This document shows, one piece after another, positions 44,982-56,013 of a DNA stretch of 64,000 nt. Source of the DNA: Epithemia pelagica (Eukaryota > Protista > Bacillariophyta). Both the position numbers and the translations under genes were made by a program. Under the pieces are notes generated by a model that searched no databases, had not been told where the DNA came from, and saw only the letters and a program-made list of their open reading frames with translations. The stretch is taken from positions 2,046,001 to 2,110,000 of the forward strand of contig OX337231.1 in NCBI GenBank assembly GCA_946965045.2. The letters are read 5' to 3'. Within the stretch, counting starts at the first letter, position 1. Every line of letters begins with the position of its first letter.

Positions 44982-46181
44982 TTAATCCTTGCTTTCCACC
45001 AAGGCATCTTCAATAATGGCTTGCATGGCCAAATCATTGTCCTTTTCTTCATTGTAGGCCAATCCTTCCATTTGTCTTCGGATTCGTAACAAGGTTCGTA
45101 GAATTTTGTAGCGGCGAATCGCCCATTTGCTATGATCTTCTTCCGCCTTGCCATGATCCAACAAATCGTAAACGTCTTGTTCCAATCGTCGCGTAATATC
45201 TTGCAAATCGTGCTGGGCAGAAGGTGCGGATGCCAAGACGGAATCAATCCGTTTGTTGGTTTCGCACGACTTTTGCAAAATCCGGTAACACACCCGGCTC
45301 GTCAAGTCATGCTCTTCATCCTCCTCATCGTCTTGCCCAAAATCTGAAGTTTCTTGCAAAATTTGCGTGGCATACTTGTCCCACAACTGTCGATAACTCA
45401 TACCCGAGGCTTGAAAGGTTCCATACTTGCAAAATTGCCGAACGCCATCAAAGACCGAGGCGGCAATCCGGGCTGGCAAGACACTGCGTTCCCGAGCATA
45501 CTTTTTGGCTGCCACTCGAGCCCGATAGGCCAGGGGCGCCAAGTCTTCACTGCTCACACCGTGACAATGATAGAGTTCCAACAAGGCTCGCGGCAACAAG
45601 GTCTTGTACAACCGGCGGGTCGTAGAAGCATCCAAATCGCCCCACAGCGCATTCCGATTCCGCCCAAAGGTATCGCGAAGGCCTTCCACGGTGGTAAAAC
45701 AGGCGGCCCAGGCTTCCTTGGCCGAGGTGGTGGCGTTGGCCAGCAAGGTCATGGGGAGAACTCCGAGCGAGGGAGACGCTGTTCGCCAGGGATGATTCGT
45801 AAAGGAGGAAGCTTGCGACTGAAATTGTTTGGACAGTTGTTGTTGTTTGTGTTTTCGTGCCAACATTCGTTCTTGTTCATCTTGCCATCGCAACCAGGCC
45901 ATGTGATGAGGAGGAGGGGGAATCGTAGTGGAAGCCGACAAGCGTGTTGTAGGATGATGAGGGTTGTTGGATGGTCTGTGGCGTTGTCGTCGTTTGCTGG
46001 TTATTTCTTGTTCATCGTGCAGTTGCAAGAGAGCGGGAGGCAACACGGTGGAGGCGGATAAGCGAGTGGTAGCACGAGGATGCACTACAGGAGACGCGGT
46101 GAAACCGGATACCGGCTCCAACAGGACAGCCGTGGCCGCCGCAGCAGCCAGGGCGCAACAATAAAAGAGCCGATATCTCAT
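44982..46181 (-). CDS. Hypothetical protein, probably plastid-targeted (399 aa from MRYRLF)
   Basis: Signal peptide ending VSG-F, then a transit-like segment, then a helical core (GDLDASTTRRLYKTLLPRALL...YRARVAAKKYARERS). The ORF is open to 46382. Confidence 0.7.
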   Translation of the reverse strand: MRYRLFYCCALAAAAATAVLLEPVSGFTASPVVHPRATTRLSASTVLPPALLQLHDEQEITSKRRQRHRPSNNPHHPTTRLSASTTIPPPPHHMAWLRWQDEQERMLARKHKQQQLSKQFQSQASSFTNHPWRTASPSLGVLPMTLLANATTSAKEAWAACFTTVEGLRDTFGRNRNALWGDLDASTTRRLYKTLLPRALLELYHCHGVSSEDLAPLAYRARVAAKKYARERSVLPARIAASVFDGVRQFCKYGTFQASGMSYRQLWDKYATQILQETSDFGQDDEEDEEHDLTSRVCYRILQKSCETNKRIDSVLASAPSAQHDLQDITRRLEQDVYDLLDHGKAEEDHSKWAIRRYKILRTLLRIRRQMEGLAYNEEKDNDLAMQAIIEDALVESKD

Positions 46182-47567
46182 GGCCGTGTATTGGTGGAGG
46201 GGTGCTGCTGGTCTTTCGATCGAAGGGTGATGCATGTTTGATGATAAGATTTTCATTGAGAAGAAACGACACCCAACTTCACTTCGGTGATGGGATGTCA
46301 GTCCAACGCGAAAGACTACAATGGAATATTGTGACCGAAAGAATGAATCTTGATTGATCTCTCTTCTCTCACCCGAAGCCAATCGACAACACCGTGTCAG
46401 AGAGAAGGAAATTGTGTGTTGGTTGAGGGTTGAGGGGCACCAGCAACAACAATGGCCGTAAGTTTTATGGAATTTGAGTTGAGTGATGAAAGGGACCCAC
46501 TGCCACTACGAGTACTGGCTGCGCTCTTTGGTATTCTTTCGTTTGCAGTACCACATTGGTTTAATTTGCGCCTCGCGTAAATGTCCGAGTTCGGTGACAA
46601 GCCCGGGCACAAACACGGCGCAACTACAATTGGAAAGATTCCATCCGGAAGATTCCTCCGCCAGACGGTTGGAGGAACCGAAAACGAATCAAAAGCACTC
46701 GCTTCACCAGTTGGATGACCCACGCGTTCTTTGGGACTCTTGAAACGTGCGCATCATTGACACCATTCGACCGGATGGTCCATGACATTTCGCAGGTGCA
46801 TGACATTTCCCAGCGCACCAAATCTCATCATCTTCCCCCAAACACATGACGAGGTGCTCGGTTGGTGAAAGCGTAAGAACGATGGAAAGTCGAGTCATTG
46901 TCCACGTCACCTAATGGGTGTCAATGGATCCATGACGCGCTGATTTGGATACCCTTTCCACACCTCATCGTCTAAATAAAAATATTTAATCGATGGTTCT
47001 ACGAATGACTCGGAATGCAACAGAAATGGGTTGTACCTTTGAACCTGCTCCCTATCGGAGAAAAAGATACCTTTTTCGACGGACAGGCGCTTTCCCCAGG
47101 TCGAGATCGAGAGCATCAATAGCAAGTAGAATTGGAACTAGGAGTAGGCACTCCGTTTGACTTCCACTTCATTTATTTGCTCCTACTCGTAGAAACTAAA
47201 TCGATCTTTTCTGATCCGCTCCCAACAACGTCTCTCATGTCGGCTTGGGGAGTTCCCAAACCAGCTTCGTCCTAAAAGGAAAGGAATCCACACTACGTTT
47301 GCTCTTGGGGTAGGAGAGCTACCTGTCGAACCACCCAACAGCAACAGCCACATCCACGACGACAGAGCGACTCATAGCAGTCAGTTCCATGCGAGAAACG
47401 CATGCCTTGCAATCAAGACAACAGCCGCTATGACTGAAACGGCATCACCGCCTAGTTTTTTGTCCTCTACAAGCCGGCTCCATCCCCTGCCCCTCCTCAT
47501 TCCAGTCAATTCCAGATATTTTGCGGGAACTCCTCCATTGCCATTGAGATGAAGTACCACAATATTC

Positions 47568-49070
47568 GTGTCATCGCCTACCTACCGAACGATTTATGTG
47601 AGAACCTACAGCCTACAACATGGCACCGAAACCCACTCATCGATCTTTTCCAGTCGCACTCAGGATCTTTTGGATCTTTTCGGGCATGGCAATGAACTTG
47701 GAGCTCCGATGGGTACTTTGCCAAGCGTGACACCCCCTCCCAAGAAAATGCATGTGCGCATTTCTCGACCTTCCAAAGAGAAGCACCATGAACTCATCTC
47801 CCTGTTCCAATTGGTGAAACAAAGCAACATGACAACCATTCTTGTGGAATTCGTTCTAGTTCATGTACGTTTGGATGGTGGCAATCGCTACCTGGCTCAC
47901 AAAAGCACAGGCGATACACTCTTGATGGAAGTAGACCTCGAGACGACCACAATTTCCGACTGTGCCAACTGGATCTCGGACCAAATTCAACGTCCCCGGC
48001 ATTATTTTGCCCAAGTCTCCCTTCTGTTGGGAGATTACGGTCGCCACATCTACCAAGCCCGGGGTCACAGTCGAGAATTCCGAACAATCTTGGACAACGA
48101 TGACGACGACAACAAGACTTCTGACAAGGACTTTTTGAGAAACTATCTTTGTCACGATCGACCCATTGTGGTTCGATTCGAGGCGACAAGTCAACCGGTG
48201 ATCTTGAATTTAAGATACTACGATACATCCATGCGAACCATACGCTTGCCCTTGATGTTCCAGAACTCGCCAATCCTTGATATCAAGAACGAGATTTGGT
48301 CGTCGCTCCACATTTCACCGGATGCACAACGCCTCTGTAACGACTTTGAAGAACGCCTACCTGACGCTGACACCCTGTCCAGGTATGAAATTGAATCGGG
48401 ATGTACGCTTCATGTAATGCAGGAGCAAACTGGTGGGGGTTGTGCGTTTGTCGATGTCACACAGTCGTCCGCACTCCGTACTGATTCATGGAACGAGGAT
48501 GCGCCCCGTTGGAGAGAGGTGGAACCGGGTCTTTGTCTCGAAGGCATTTGCCGAAACCCTGCATGCTGTGCCTACCGTGAAATGGTTGTTGCCAATATGG
48601 AATTCCAAAATCTTGACTTGGCCAAGAAACCAAAGGTCTGTTGTCCCATGTGTCGCCATCAATTTCAACCAATCAAGCCCGGTTTCAACCATTGTTTCTG
48701 GAAAATCAGTGCAGTCAAAAAGTCGTCTCCAGAATCCGTGTTTCACACTCCATGGAAACGAACGGGAGATGAATATACGACCTATGATGAAGCAGCAGCT
48801 GGAATGAGTGTGTTTACCCGTCTCCAGATATTTGTGCGTCCACTCCACATGAAGAACCACCACGACTCACCCTACCGGCCTAAAAAACCTCGTGTTTCTC
48901 CCGTTCCTTGCTCTATATGCCTAAAAGAAGTGCAGGGCTATTACGGTCATACAACTCCCTCTGGTTGTCAACATGTGTTTCATGACGATTGCTGGGAGAG
49001 TTGGAAGGACAAGCGGACCACAAAGGGCAAAGAGCCGACAACGACCTGTCCGATTTGTTGCACTGCCTAG
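47568..49070 (+). CDS. Unknown N-domain + divergent Ubl domain (QEQTGG) + Cys-rich domain + RING-H2 protein, paralog 2
   Basis: Aligns by eye with 32447-33796 ([84 protein letters not shown]). The true ATG is uncertain (47708, 47749 or 47829). Confidence 0.85.
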   Translation: MSSPTYRTIYVRTYSLQHGTETHSSIFSSRTQDLLDLFGHGNELGAPMGTLPSVTPPPKKMHVRISRPSKEKHHELISLFQLVKQSNMTTILVEFVLVHVRLDGGNRYLAHKSTGDTLLMEVDLETTTISDCANWISDQIQRPRHYFAQVSLLLGDYGRHIYQARGHSREFRTILDNDDDDNKTSDKDFLRNYLCHDRPIVVRFEATSQPVILNLRYYDTSMRTIRLPLMFQNSPILDIKNEIWSSLHISPDAQRLCNDFEERLPDADTLSRYEIESGCTLHVMQEQTGGGCAFVDVTQSSALRTDSWNEDAPRWREVEPGLCLEGICRNPACCAYREMVVANMEFQNLDLAKKPKVCCPMCRHQFQPIKPGFNHCFWKISAVKKSSPESVFHTPWKRTGDEYTTYDEAAAGMSVFTRLQIFVRPLHMKNHHDSPYRPKKPRVSPVPCSICLKEVQGYYGHTTPSGCQHVFHDDCWESWKDKRTTKGKEPTTTCPICCTA

Positions 49071-49270
49071 ATCTATCTCTTCCACCCACTTGTGGGCTCT
49101 TTGTCGACCTACCGACGGTCGTTGCCATGATGACAACATTCTGGTTTGTCTCAATGCGACGTTCCATGTGAAAACATTGGCACGTCATATAGTTGAGTTT
49201 GTCCTGTGTGTTTTATGTAAGTGAGTAAAAGACGAACAGACAACCATAGAATAAAATAATTTTTGGTCGA

Positions 49271-51997
49271 TTAATTTTCTGAATCCCTACTCCTTCCTTG
49301 CGACAAAAATGTTTGCCAGTACAGTGCTTTCCACTTGTCTGGAATCGGTTTGGAATAAGAACGATAAGGAAACAATTGCGACTTGTCCTCCGCTTGCCAT
49401 GATGCGCCGTCCAACGAGAGCGTGTTGGTTTGTTCATTGCCCATACATGTCCTTGTCGAACTAGCGGGATCGTGGCCAATCGAAACCGATGTGCAAGCCA
49501 TGCACAATCGGTGTTTGATTCGATTTTTCATGGGCCGAGGCAACCGTTTGGCATCCCACAATCGCGAATGTCGATCTCCCACCACGGGGAAACCTCTATC
49601 ATTCGTTGCATCTTCTTCCAGTGTTGGTTGGGAACAGTGACGCAGTCCATGAGAAATGAGACTTGCCATGCCAGAAACGGTTCGTGTGGTTTCCACACGC
49701 AACGTTGACAGACGTGGGACGGTTGGATCGGTGGTCTTCTCCAACAATACCACTCGGACGGTCAAGACATCTTGGTTTGCCATGGACTGGAGATTGTCGT
49801 TGGAGTTGTCGGAATCCACATGATCCTCGTCGATGTTTTGCTTGTTGTCATCCTCGTTTACCGTGGAGGTCAATAGAGGCTGGTTCGAGTTTGGCGGGCG
49901 TGCCCGATGTTTCCATCGACGGACTCGTTGGACGAGCAAGTCCAGTGGATATCCACAACCCTTGGACCACTCATCGGGAGCCCATCCGTGAACCAAGACG
50001 GTAAAACAGTGTGTCACTGGAATGATCGTTGTGGTTTCCAGGAGTGGCAAGGAACCTAATACGCAGAGTCCACTGCACCCCGTGTCCAAGCGTGTCCATG
50101 AATGAAACCACTGGTGGTTGGTCTGTTCCTCACAGTCATTTTGTTGTTGTTGCTGCTGCTGCTGTTGATGGGAGATGCGTTCTTCGAGGGTTTGTGTGGC
50201 AGCCATTCGTGGGTTAGCAGCCTTGGACTTGTCGCCATATTTACCCAAGGTACGCATCCCCACGGGTTTCCACGCAACGACCATGGTCAGTTTCGTCGTT
50301 GCAGCCACATTGCTGCTGCTGCTGGTGGTGACAGGAATGCGGGACCAGCACCATTGGTCCACTAGATCGACAGGGGAACCACCAATCGGAACAGCAAGTT
50401 GAGAACGGACCGTGTTGGATGAACGAGGCTGCTCTGCTGTCAAGGACGTGTCCCAGCCTTGTTCAGTAGATGCCGAGGGTGCCTCAGGAGACTGGGACAC
50501 CACCGATGGGTCCTTGTGATTACTGTTGTCGTAGAAGTAGTTGGTAGTGGCATCTGCAGGAGGAGGATCCACAAGAGTTATCTCGCCCGACCCATTGGGT
50601 AGAACCCATCGCGCCGAATCTGTCACAACCGTTTGATTGATACAAATTCGTCCTTGCGCAATGAGTCGATTGGCATGTTGTTTGGACACGGCAAAGTGTT
50701 GTTGGACATATTTACGCAATCGTTGGGCGCCAACGAGAGGGTCGGGATTGTGGTGGTCGTCTTTATCATGATGGTTGTCGTTTGGCTGAGATTGGTCTGT
50801 CGGGTGGTGGAGTGAAGTGCCTACGTCATTGTTGGGATGCGGCGTTGAATCAGGGACCCGTGTGTCCGTTGGTGGCACAATCGGGTCCACCGAGGGAGGT
50901 TGAGGAATGGCTGGTTGTTGGAAATGAGTCTGCAAGTCCGTTTCAGAGTCAAACTGGGCATTGCAAATGGTACAGGCAAACGGCTTGCCCATGCTTGTAT
51001 CATGAGAGGTGACTTGGGCTTGGGGGGTGATGTTGGCATTGCTGTCGTCGTTGTTGTCACCACGAACAAGGATACGACAATGAAAGGATCCTTCCAAATT
51101 GACATGCTTTTGCGACCGTTTTTGCAAGTGTCCCCAGGTTCGTTGATGGTGATATCCATAACGAGTCAACCAATGTGTGTGATGACCATGTTTTTGATAG
51201 CGTCGTCGATGACCATGGGAATTTGGTGGTGGTGGATGCGGCGTCCAGTGCGGCTGATCCAGGACAGCCACATGAAAGGGTTGATGGACATCATGGGACA
51301 TGTGGAGTTGCAATCCCAGTCGACGACACGTTTCTTCCAACTGCCATGTATGGGCTTGATTGCCACACAAGCATAAATGAAGAATCCCATCAGTATGGGC
51401 TACAAGGCACTGGGAGGCTGACCACAAGTAATGAGCCAGGAGTCGTTGGTGTTGTAACGCTTGTTCCTGTTCTGACTCGAAGACGCCCAAATGAGGATGA
51501 TGAAACAAAATGGCATTCCACGTTTGTGCTCGTGTCGCACAGTGACGATGCAATTGAGTTGCGTCGATGTGGTACAAAATTTCCACCCTGGGAGTTCTTC
51601 TTCTTCTTGTCGTTACTTTACAATCATCCTTTCCATCAGCATGATCCTGATTTACGTCGTCGTCGTCGTCGTCGTCGTCGTCTTCTTCTTCTTCTTTTGG
51701 TGATTCGCAATATGGAGCAAGTTCGCGCAAAATGTGTGGTGCCGTATCTGGGTAGGTTTGAATCAATTCCTCGGCACTTTTCAACAGGGTCGTGGCCGTC
51801 AATTCCCAGTTGTAGAATCGAGTCGTCGTTGGGTCATTCCGACCACCATAGGCTCGCACCAACGCCAAGGATAAGGACAAATCTCCGTCGCCCACCGTCA
51901 AAATACGAAAGGGCGTCGTTGTACTATTAGCAACGTGTTCTTCGGTTTCTGCCTCATCCTTTGCCTCATCTTCTACACCCTGCTTGTCTGTTGGCAT
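49271..51997 (-). CDS. BMT5/DUF2431-like rRNA methyltransferase + C2H2 finger + S4 + RluA-family pseudouridine-synthase-like fusion (908 aa)
   Basis: ILTVGDGDLSLS, IDATQL, ILFHHPHLG, YGYHHQRT (DUF2431-like); CTICNAQF..LQTH; RLRKYV..SKQHANRLIAQGRICIN (S4); VVAWKPVGM, TRLDTGCSGLCVL, FPVVGD (RluA-like). Confidence 0.75.
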   Translation of the reverse strand: MPTDKQGVEDEAKDEAETEEHVANSTTTPFRILTVGDGDLSLSLALVRAYGGRNDPTTTRFYNWELTATTLLKSAEELIQTYPDTAPHILRELAPYCESPKEEEEDDDDDDDDDVNQDHADGKDDCKVTTRRRRTPRVEILYHIDATQLHRHCATRAQTWNAILFHHPHLGVFESEQEQALQHQRLLAHYLWSASQCLVAHTDGILHLCLCGNQAHTWQLEETCRRLGLQLHMSHDVHQPFHVAVLDQPHWTPHPPPPNSHGHRRRYQKHGHHTHWLTRYGYHHQRTWGHLQKRSQKHVNLEGSFHCRILVRGDNNDDSNANITPQAQVTSHDTSMGKPFACTICNAQFDSETDLQTHFQQPAIPQPPSVDPIVPPTDTRVPDSTPHPNNDVGTSLHHPTDQSQPNDNHHDKDDHHNPDPLVGAQRLRKYVQQHFAVSKQHANRLIAQGRICINQTVVTDSARWVLPNGSGEITLVDPPPADATTNYFYDNSNHKDPSVVSQSPEAPSASTEQGWDTSLTAEQPRSSNTVRSQLAVPIGGSPVDLVDQWCWSRIPVTTSSSSNVAATTKLTMVVAWKPVGMRTLGKYGDKSKAANPRMAATQTLEERISHQQQQQQQQQNDCEEQTNHQWFHSWTRLDTGCSGLCVLGSLPLLETTTIIPVTHCFTVLVHGWAPDEWSKGCGYPLDLLVQRVRRWKHRARPPNSNQPLLTSTVNEDDNKQNIDEDHVDSDNSNDNLQSMANQDVLTVRVVLLEKTTDPTVPRLSTLRVETTRTVSGMASLISHGLRHCSQPTLEEDATNDRGFPVVGDRHSRLWDAKRLPRPMKNRIKHRLCMACTSVSIGHDPASSTRTCMGNEQTNTLSLDGASWQAEDKSQLFPYRSYSKPIPDKWKALYWQTFLSQGRSRDSEN

Positions 51998-52423
51998 TTC
52001 TAGAATGTCGCCTCGTTGACAAACGAGCTAAAGACATGGGCCATGAGCAAACATCAACACAAAAGAAGATTGCGACGACGAGATTGGATGTTTGGATGCG
52101 CGGTGACTTGGATGTGGAGCGATCCAGTCGCGCATTTCGTGGCAAGGGTCGCGGAATATGGATGGAAATGCTATGTGCCGATCGCGAGACACCAAAGCCA
52201 TATTAGAGAGGACGAATCTATTCATCTCCCTGCTGTCTCTAATGATAAGCTTTGTTGTCGGATAACATCTTTGTTCAATTTAGATAGAAGGAGGGTTCTT
52301 ATTTCTTTTTTTTCTGTGTCATGTTTGTATCCGAACGCCAACAGAACATAGTGTGTCAGCAGGGTGTGGTACCAAGGATCTTGATTTGTATACTACGACG
52401 AGAGGTTTCATCGGCAGTATCCT

Positions 52424-54823
52424 TTACTTGGAGGCGCTCGAGGCCGCTGGAGTCGTGGCCGCAGCAGCAGCAGCCGGTTCGGTTTTGCCAGTGCCTTGCA
52501 CTTTATCAATCAGGGTTCCAACAATGGAGGGATCGGCCAAGGTACTGGTATCGCCCAAGGTATCAATCTCTCCCGCAACAATTTTGCGCAAAATGCGTCG
52601 CATAATCTTGCCCGATCGCGTCATGGGCAAGGAGGGTGCCACATAAACTTGATCAGGTGCCGCAAAGCGTCCAATTTCCGAACGGACTTGATTCTTCAAT
52701 TCCTTGACCAAGGCTTGTTCTTGGTCGGCATTGTCCAAGGCCTCCCGCGATGATTCCACATCCAACATGACAAAGGCCGTCACAGCTTGACCCTTGATGG
52801 GATGAGGTTTGCCCACGACGGCGGCTTGTGCTACGGCGGGATGCAAGACCAAGGCCGATTCTACTTCGGCCGTGCCCAATCGATGACCCGAAACATTCAA
52901 CACATCGTCGACCCGACCCGTAATGGTATGATACCCATTGGTACCACTGCGAACGACGGAATCACCGGTAAAGTAATAGCCGGGATAGGGTTTCAAATAG
53001 GTCGTCATGTATCGTTTGTGATCGCCCAAACAGGTTCGGGCCATGCCGGGCCAGGGTTGACGAATGGCCAAGACACCTTCAATATCTTCCTTGGTCGTCC
53101 TTGCATCGTCGGCATCTCCATTGGCATCTCCATGGGCACCATTCGGCGCTTCTTCGCCCAACACGTGTCCACTGACGGGATCCAACACGACGGCATCAAT
53201 TCCATAACACGGCAAGGTACAGGATCCTGGTTTCATGGGCGTAATACCCGGCAAGTTAGTAATGATATGACCACCCGTTTCTGTTTGCCAATACGTATCG
53301 ACAATGGTACAACGTTCTTTTCCCACGACGGAATAGTACCATCGCCAGGCTTCGGGGTTGATGGGTTCTCCGACACTGCCCAAAATTTTGAGGGAACTCA
53401 AATCGTATTGTTGGGGAATGGCATCGCCTTGTCCCATGAGTAGACGAATGGCGGTGGGAGCGGTATAAAATTGCGTAATTTTGTGCCGTTGGACCATGTC
53501 CCAATACCGACCGGCATTGGGATAGACGGGTGTGGATTCAAACAAAAAGGTGGTACATCCATTCAAGAGAGGACCGTACACGACGTAGGTATGTCCGGTA
53601 ATCCATCCACAATCGGCCACACAGGCAAACAAATCGCCCGGGGTCAAATCAAACGTGTTTTTGGAGGTAAAGGCGGCGTACAGGGCATAGCCCGCCGTGG
53701 TGTGGACCAATCCCTTGGGTTGACCGGTCGATCCCGAGGTGTACAAGATGAACAAATTGTCTTCGGCATCCATGGTAACGGGAGGACAATAGGGACGTTG
53801 GGCATCCACCAAGGCGTTCATGTAGACATCCTTGTCGCCCAATTCAAACGAGGGCTCGTCGTCTTGTGTAGTACTGTCGCCATTGGCTCCATTGGCGGAA
53901 CCATTCGTGGGACCATGGGGCAACAAGTTTCCATGATCCCACACCAAAATTTGTTCCACCACGTTGTCAGAATTTTCGCGTTGTCGCGATTGTTCGACAA
54001 TTTGTTTCAATTGAATCGTCTTGCCACCCCGTTTGCCAATATCGGCCGTGACAATGGTTTTGGATTGGGCCGCCACGACGCGTTGGGCCAAGGCTTCGGC
54101 ACTAAAGCCGGCAAAGACGACGGAATGGACGGCGCCAATGCGGGCACAGGCCAACATGGTCATGGCCAATTCAGGAATCATGGGCATGTACAAGGTTACC
54201 ACATCGCCCTTTTGCACACCACGGGCCTTGAGCGCATTGGCAATTTGCGACACGCGTTGCAACAATTCCCGGTACGTGATGCGACGAATTTGGTCCGGTT
54301 CGTCGCCTTCCCACAACAAGGCCACTTGGTTGGCCTTGTCGTGATCCATACTGCCGTCACTGGAATACACGTGGCGGTCAATGGCATTGTAGGCCACATT
54401 GAGCTTGCCACCGGCAAACCAAGTGACATCACCGTCTTGCAAGGATCCATCCAGGACCGTGTCAAAGTCTTGTTCCCAATCCAAAAATTCATAGGCCTTG
54501 TCGTGCCAATAGGCATTCGGATCTTGCACGGAGCGTTTGTGTTCCATCACATAGTTGTGCATCTTGGAGGTACTGTGCGGTGGATAAATCGAAGCCAGGT
54601 CTTGTTCGTCGACGGCACCGGGCGAAGACATGTGATGAACATGATGCTGGTGATGCTGTCGACGAGAATACTGTTGTGGGACTTTGCGATTGTGAAAGGC
54701 ATTGGCTTGAATGGTTGATCCCAACAACACCAAGGCCAGAATGGATCCTCGAATCATGCCCTTGGCCACAACGGAAAGCGTATGGGTCATTTGGATCGGC
54801 TGCTGCTGCTGCTTCATCATCAT
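52424..54823 (-). CDS. acs: Acetyl-CoA synthetase (AMP-forming), probably plastid-targeted
   Basis: WFAGGKLNVAYNAIDRH, YTSGSTGQPKG, IVDTYWQTETGG, GRVDDVLNVSGHRLGTAEVE, LPMTRSGKIMRR. A likely presequence starts at 54757 (MIRGSILALVLLGSTIQANAF). Confidence 0.95.
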   Translation of the reverse strand: MMMKQQQQPIQMTHTLSVVAKGMIRGSILALVLLGSTIQANAFHNRKVPQQYSRRQHHQHHVHHMSSPGAVDEQDLASIYPPHSTSKMHNYVMEHKRSVQDPNAYWHDKAYEFLDWEQDFDTVLDGSLQDGDVTWFAGGKLNVAYNAIDRHVYSSDGSMDHDKANQVALLWEGDEPDQIRRITYRELLQRVSQIANALKARGVQKGDVVTLYMPMIPELAMTMLACARIGAVHSVVFAGFSAEALAQRVVAAQSKTIVTADIGKRGGKTIQLKQIVEQSRQRENSDNVVEQILVWDHGNLLPHGPTNGSANGANGDSTTQDDEPSFELGDKDVYMNALVDAQRPYCPPVTMDAEDNLFILYTSGSTGQPKGLVHTTAGYALYAAFTSKNTFDLTPGDLFACVADCGWITGHTYVVYGPLLNGCTTFLFESTPVYPNAGRYWDMVQRHKITQFYTAPTAIRLLMGQGDAIPQQYDLSSLKILGSVGEPINPEAWRWYYSVVGKERCTIVDTYWQTETGGHIITNLPGITPMKPGSCTLPCYGIDAVVLDPVSGHVLGEEAPNGAHGDANGDADDARTTKEDIEGVLAIRQPWPGMARTCLGDHKRYMTTYLKPYPGYYFTGDSVVRSGTNGYHTITGRVDDVLNVSGHRLGTAEVESALVLHPAVAQAAVVGKPHPIKGQAVTAFVMLDVESSREALDNADQEQALVKELKNQVRSEIGRFAAPDQVYVAPSLPMTRSGKIMRRILRKIVAGEIDTLGDTSTLADPSIVGTLIDKVQGTGKTEPAAAAAATTPAASSASK

Positions 54824-55416
54824 GACAGCCGCAAAAAGACAGAATGAAAGGAACTCCACCTCGTGAAAGTAAAAGCAATGACTGGAACAATGTCGGTTCG
54901 AAACAAATCCTGCACCCAAACGCCAATCTGCTGTGAGACAATGGATCCAACGAGAGTAATACGTTGAATCAATATATGGGGCGACGACAACGATTGTATG
55001 GAATGAATGGTGCCAACCCGACAAAAGACACGCCACAAACGTACCCACCACAATCTGTTTTGGTTTGTCGGTGGTTTGTTTTTTCTCGAAAGAACTTTGG
55101 CGTTGTTTGGTTGAAGCCAACAGCCGGTGTCATGTGTCATGTCATCTGTCGTCATGCCGGAGGAACATACGTCATCTGCGATACGCGACCCCTCAGCGAT
55201 TGAGAGCGACATCCCGGTATGACGTCATGTTCGTGTTTCACTTTCGTTGGATTTACCCTCTTTCGCCTTACTGAAACTTTGCGGTGGATGGAAGCAACGC
55301 CTTGGCAGATCGAAGACTTGGATTCCGGAAGTCGCCTCTGTGATCGTCTCATCCTCCTGTTTTATTCCGTCGTTTCTCTCTGCTTATAATCATACAACAA
55401 CAACGACAGCAACAAG

Positions 55417-56013
55417 ATGGTGAAGCACAATAACCAGATCCCGAACATTCATTGCAAAAAGAAGTATTTGCAATCGTCTCGTGGTCCGCTCAAGGTCAAG
55501 TTGGCCTTGAACCAAGCCACGCGCAAAAAGGCTCGTCGCTTGCGTCGGGCGGCCAAGGCGGCGGCCATTGCTCCGGCACCCATGCACAAGTTAAAGCCGC
55601 TCGTGCATTGTCCGACTCAAAAGTATTCGGCCAAGATTCGTTTGGGACGTGGCTTTACCTTGGAAGAATTGAAGGAAGCCGGCTTGCATCCCTCGTATGC
55701 CCGCACCATTGGGATTGCCGTCGATGCTCGAAGAAAAAATCGTAGCAATGAAAGTTTACAAACCAATGTGGCCCGATTGAAGGAATACAAGGACAAGCTG
55801 GTGATTTTGAAAAAGGGTCAAGAACCACCGGCCAATGTTGTGACCAGCCAAGTCGTCCAACCCGTGCCGGCCAAATCCAAGGAGATTGTCCTGGAAACGA
55901 TTTCGGATGAAATGAAGGAATTCAAGGCCTTTACGACCATGCGATTGGCACGACAAGAAACCAAAGTACAAGGATACCGTGTGGCGGTGGAGAACCGCAA
56001 AAAGAAGGAGTAA
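55417..56013 (+). CDS. RPL13: 60S ribosomal protein L13 (eL13)
   Basis: MVKHNNQIPNIH, LNQATRKKARR, RLGRGFTLEELKEAG, IGIAVDARRKNRSNESLQTNVARLKEY. Confidence 0.97.
   Translation: MVKHNNQIPNIHCKKKYLQSSRGPLKVKLALNQATRKKARRLRRAAKAAAIAPAPMHKLKPLVHCPTQKYSAKIRLGRGFTLEELKEAGLHPSYARTIGIAVDARRKNRSNESLQTNVARLKEYKDKLVILKKGQEPPANVVTSQVVQPVPAKSKEIVLETISDEMKEFKAFTTMRLARQETKVQGYRVAVENRKKKE

Noticed and set aside
46397-47125. Chain of same-frame minus-strand ORFs (possible pseudogene)
   Set aside because: Few stops, but no motif I can recognise; too weak to call.
53471-54718. 415-aa + strand ORF
   Set aside because: Antisense shadow of acetyl-CoA synthetase.
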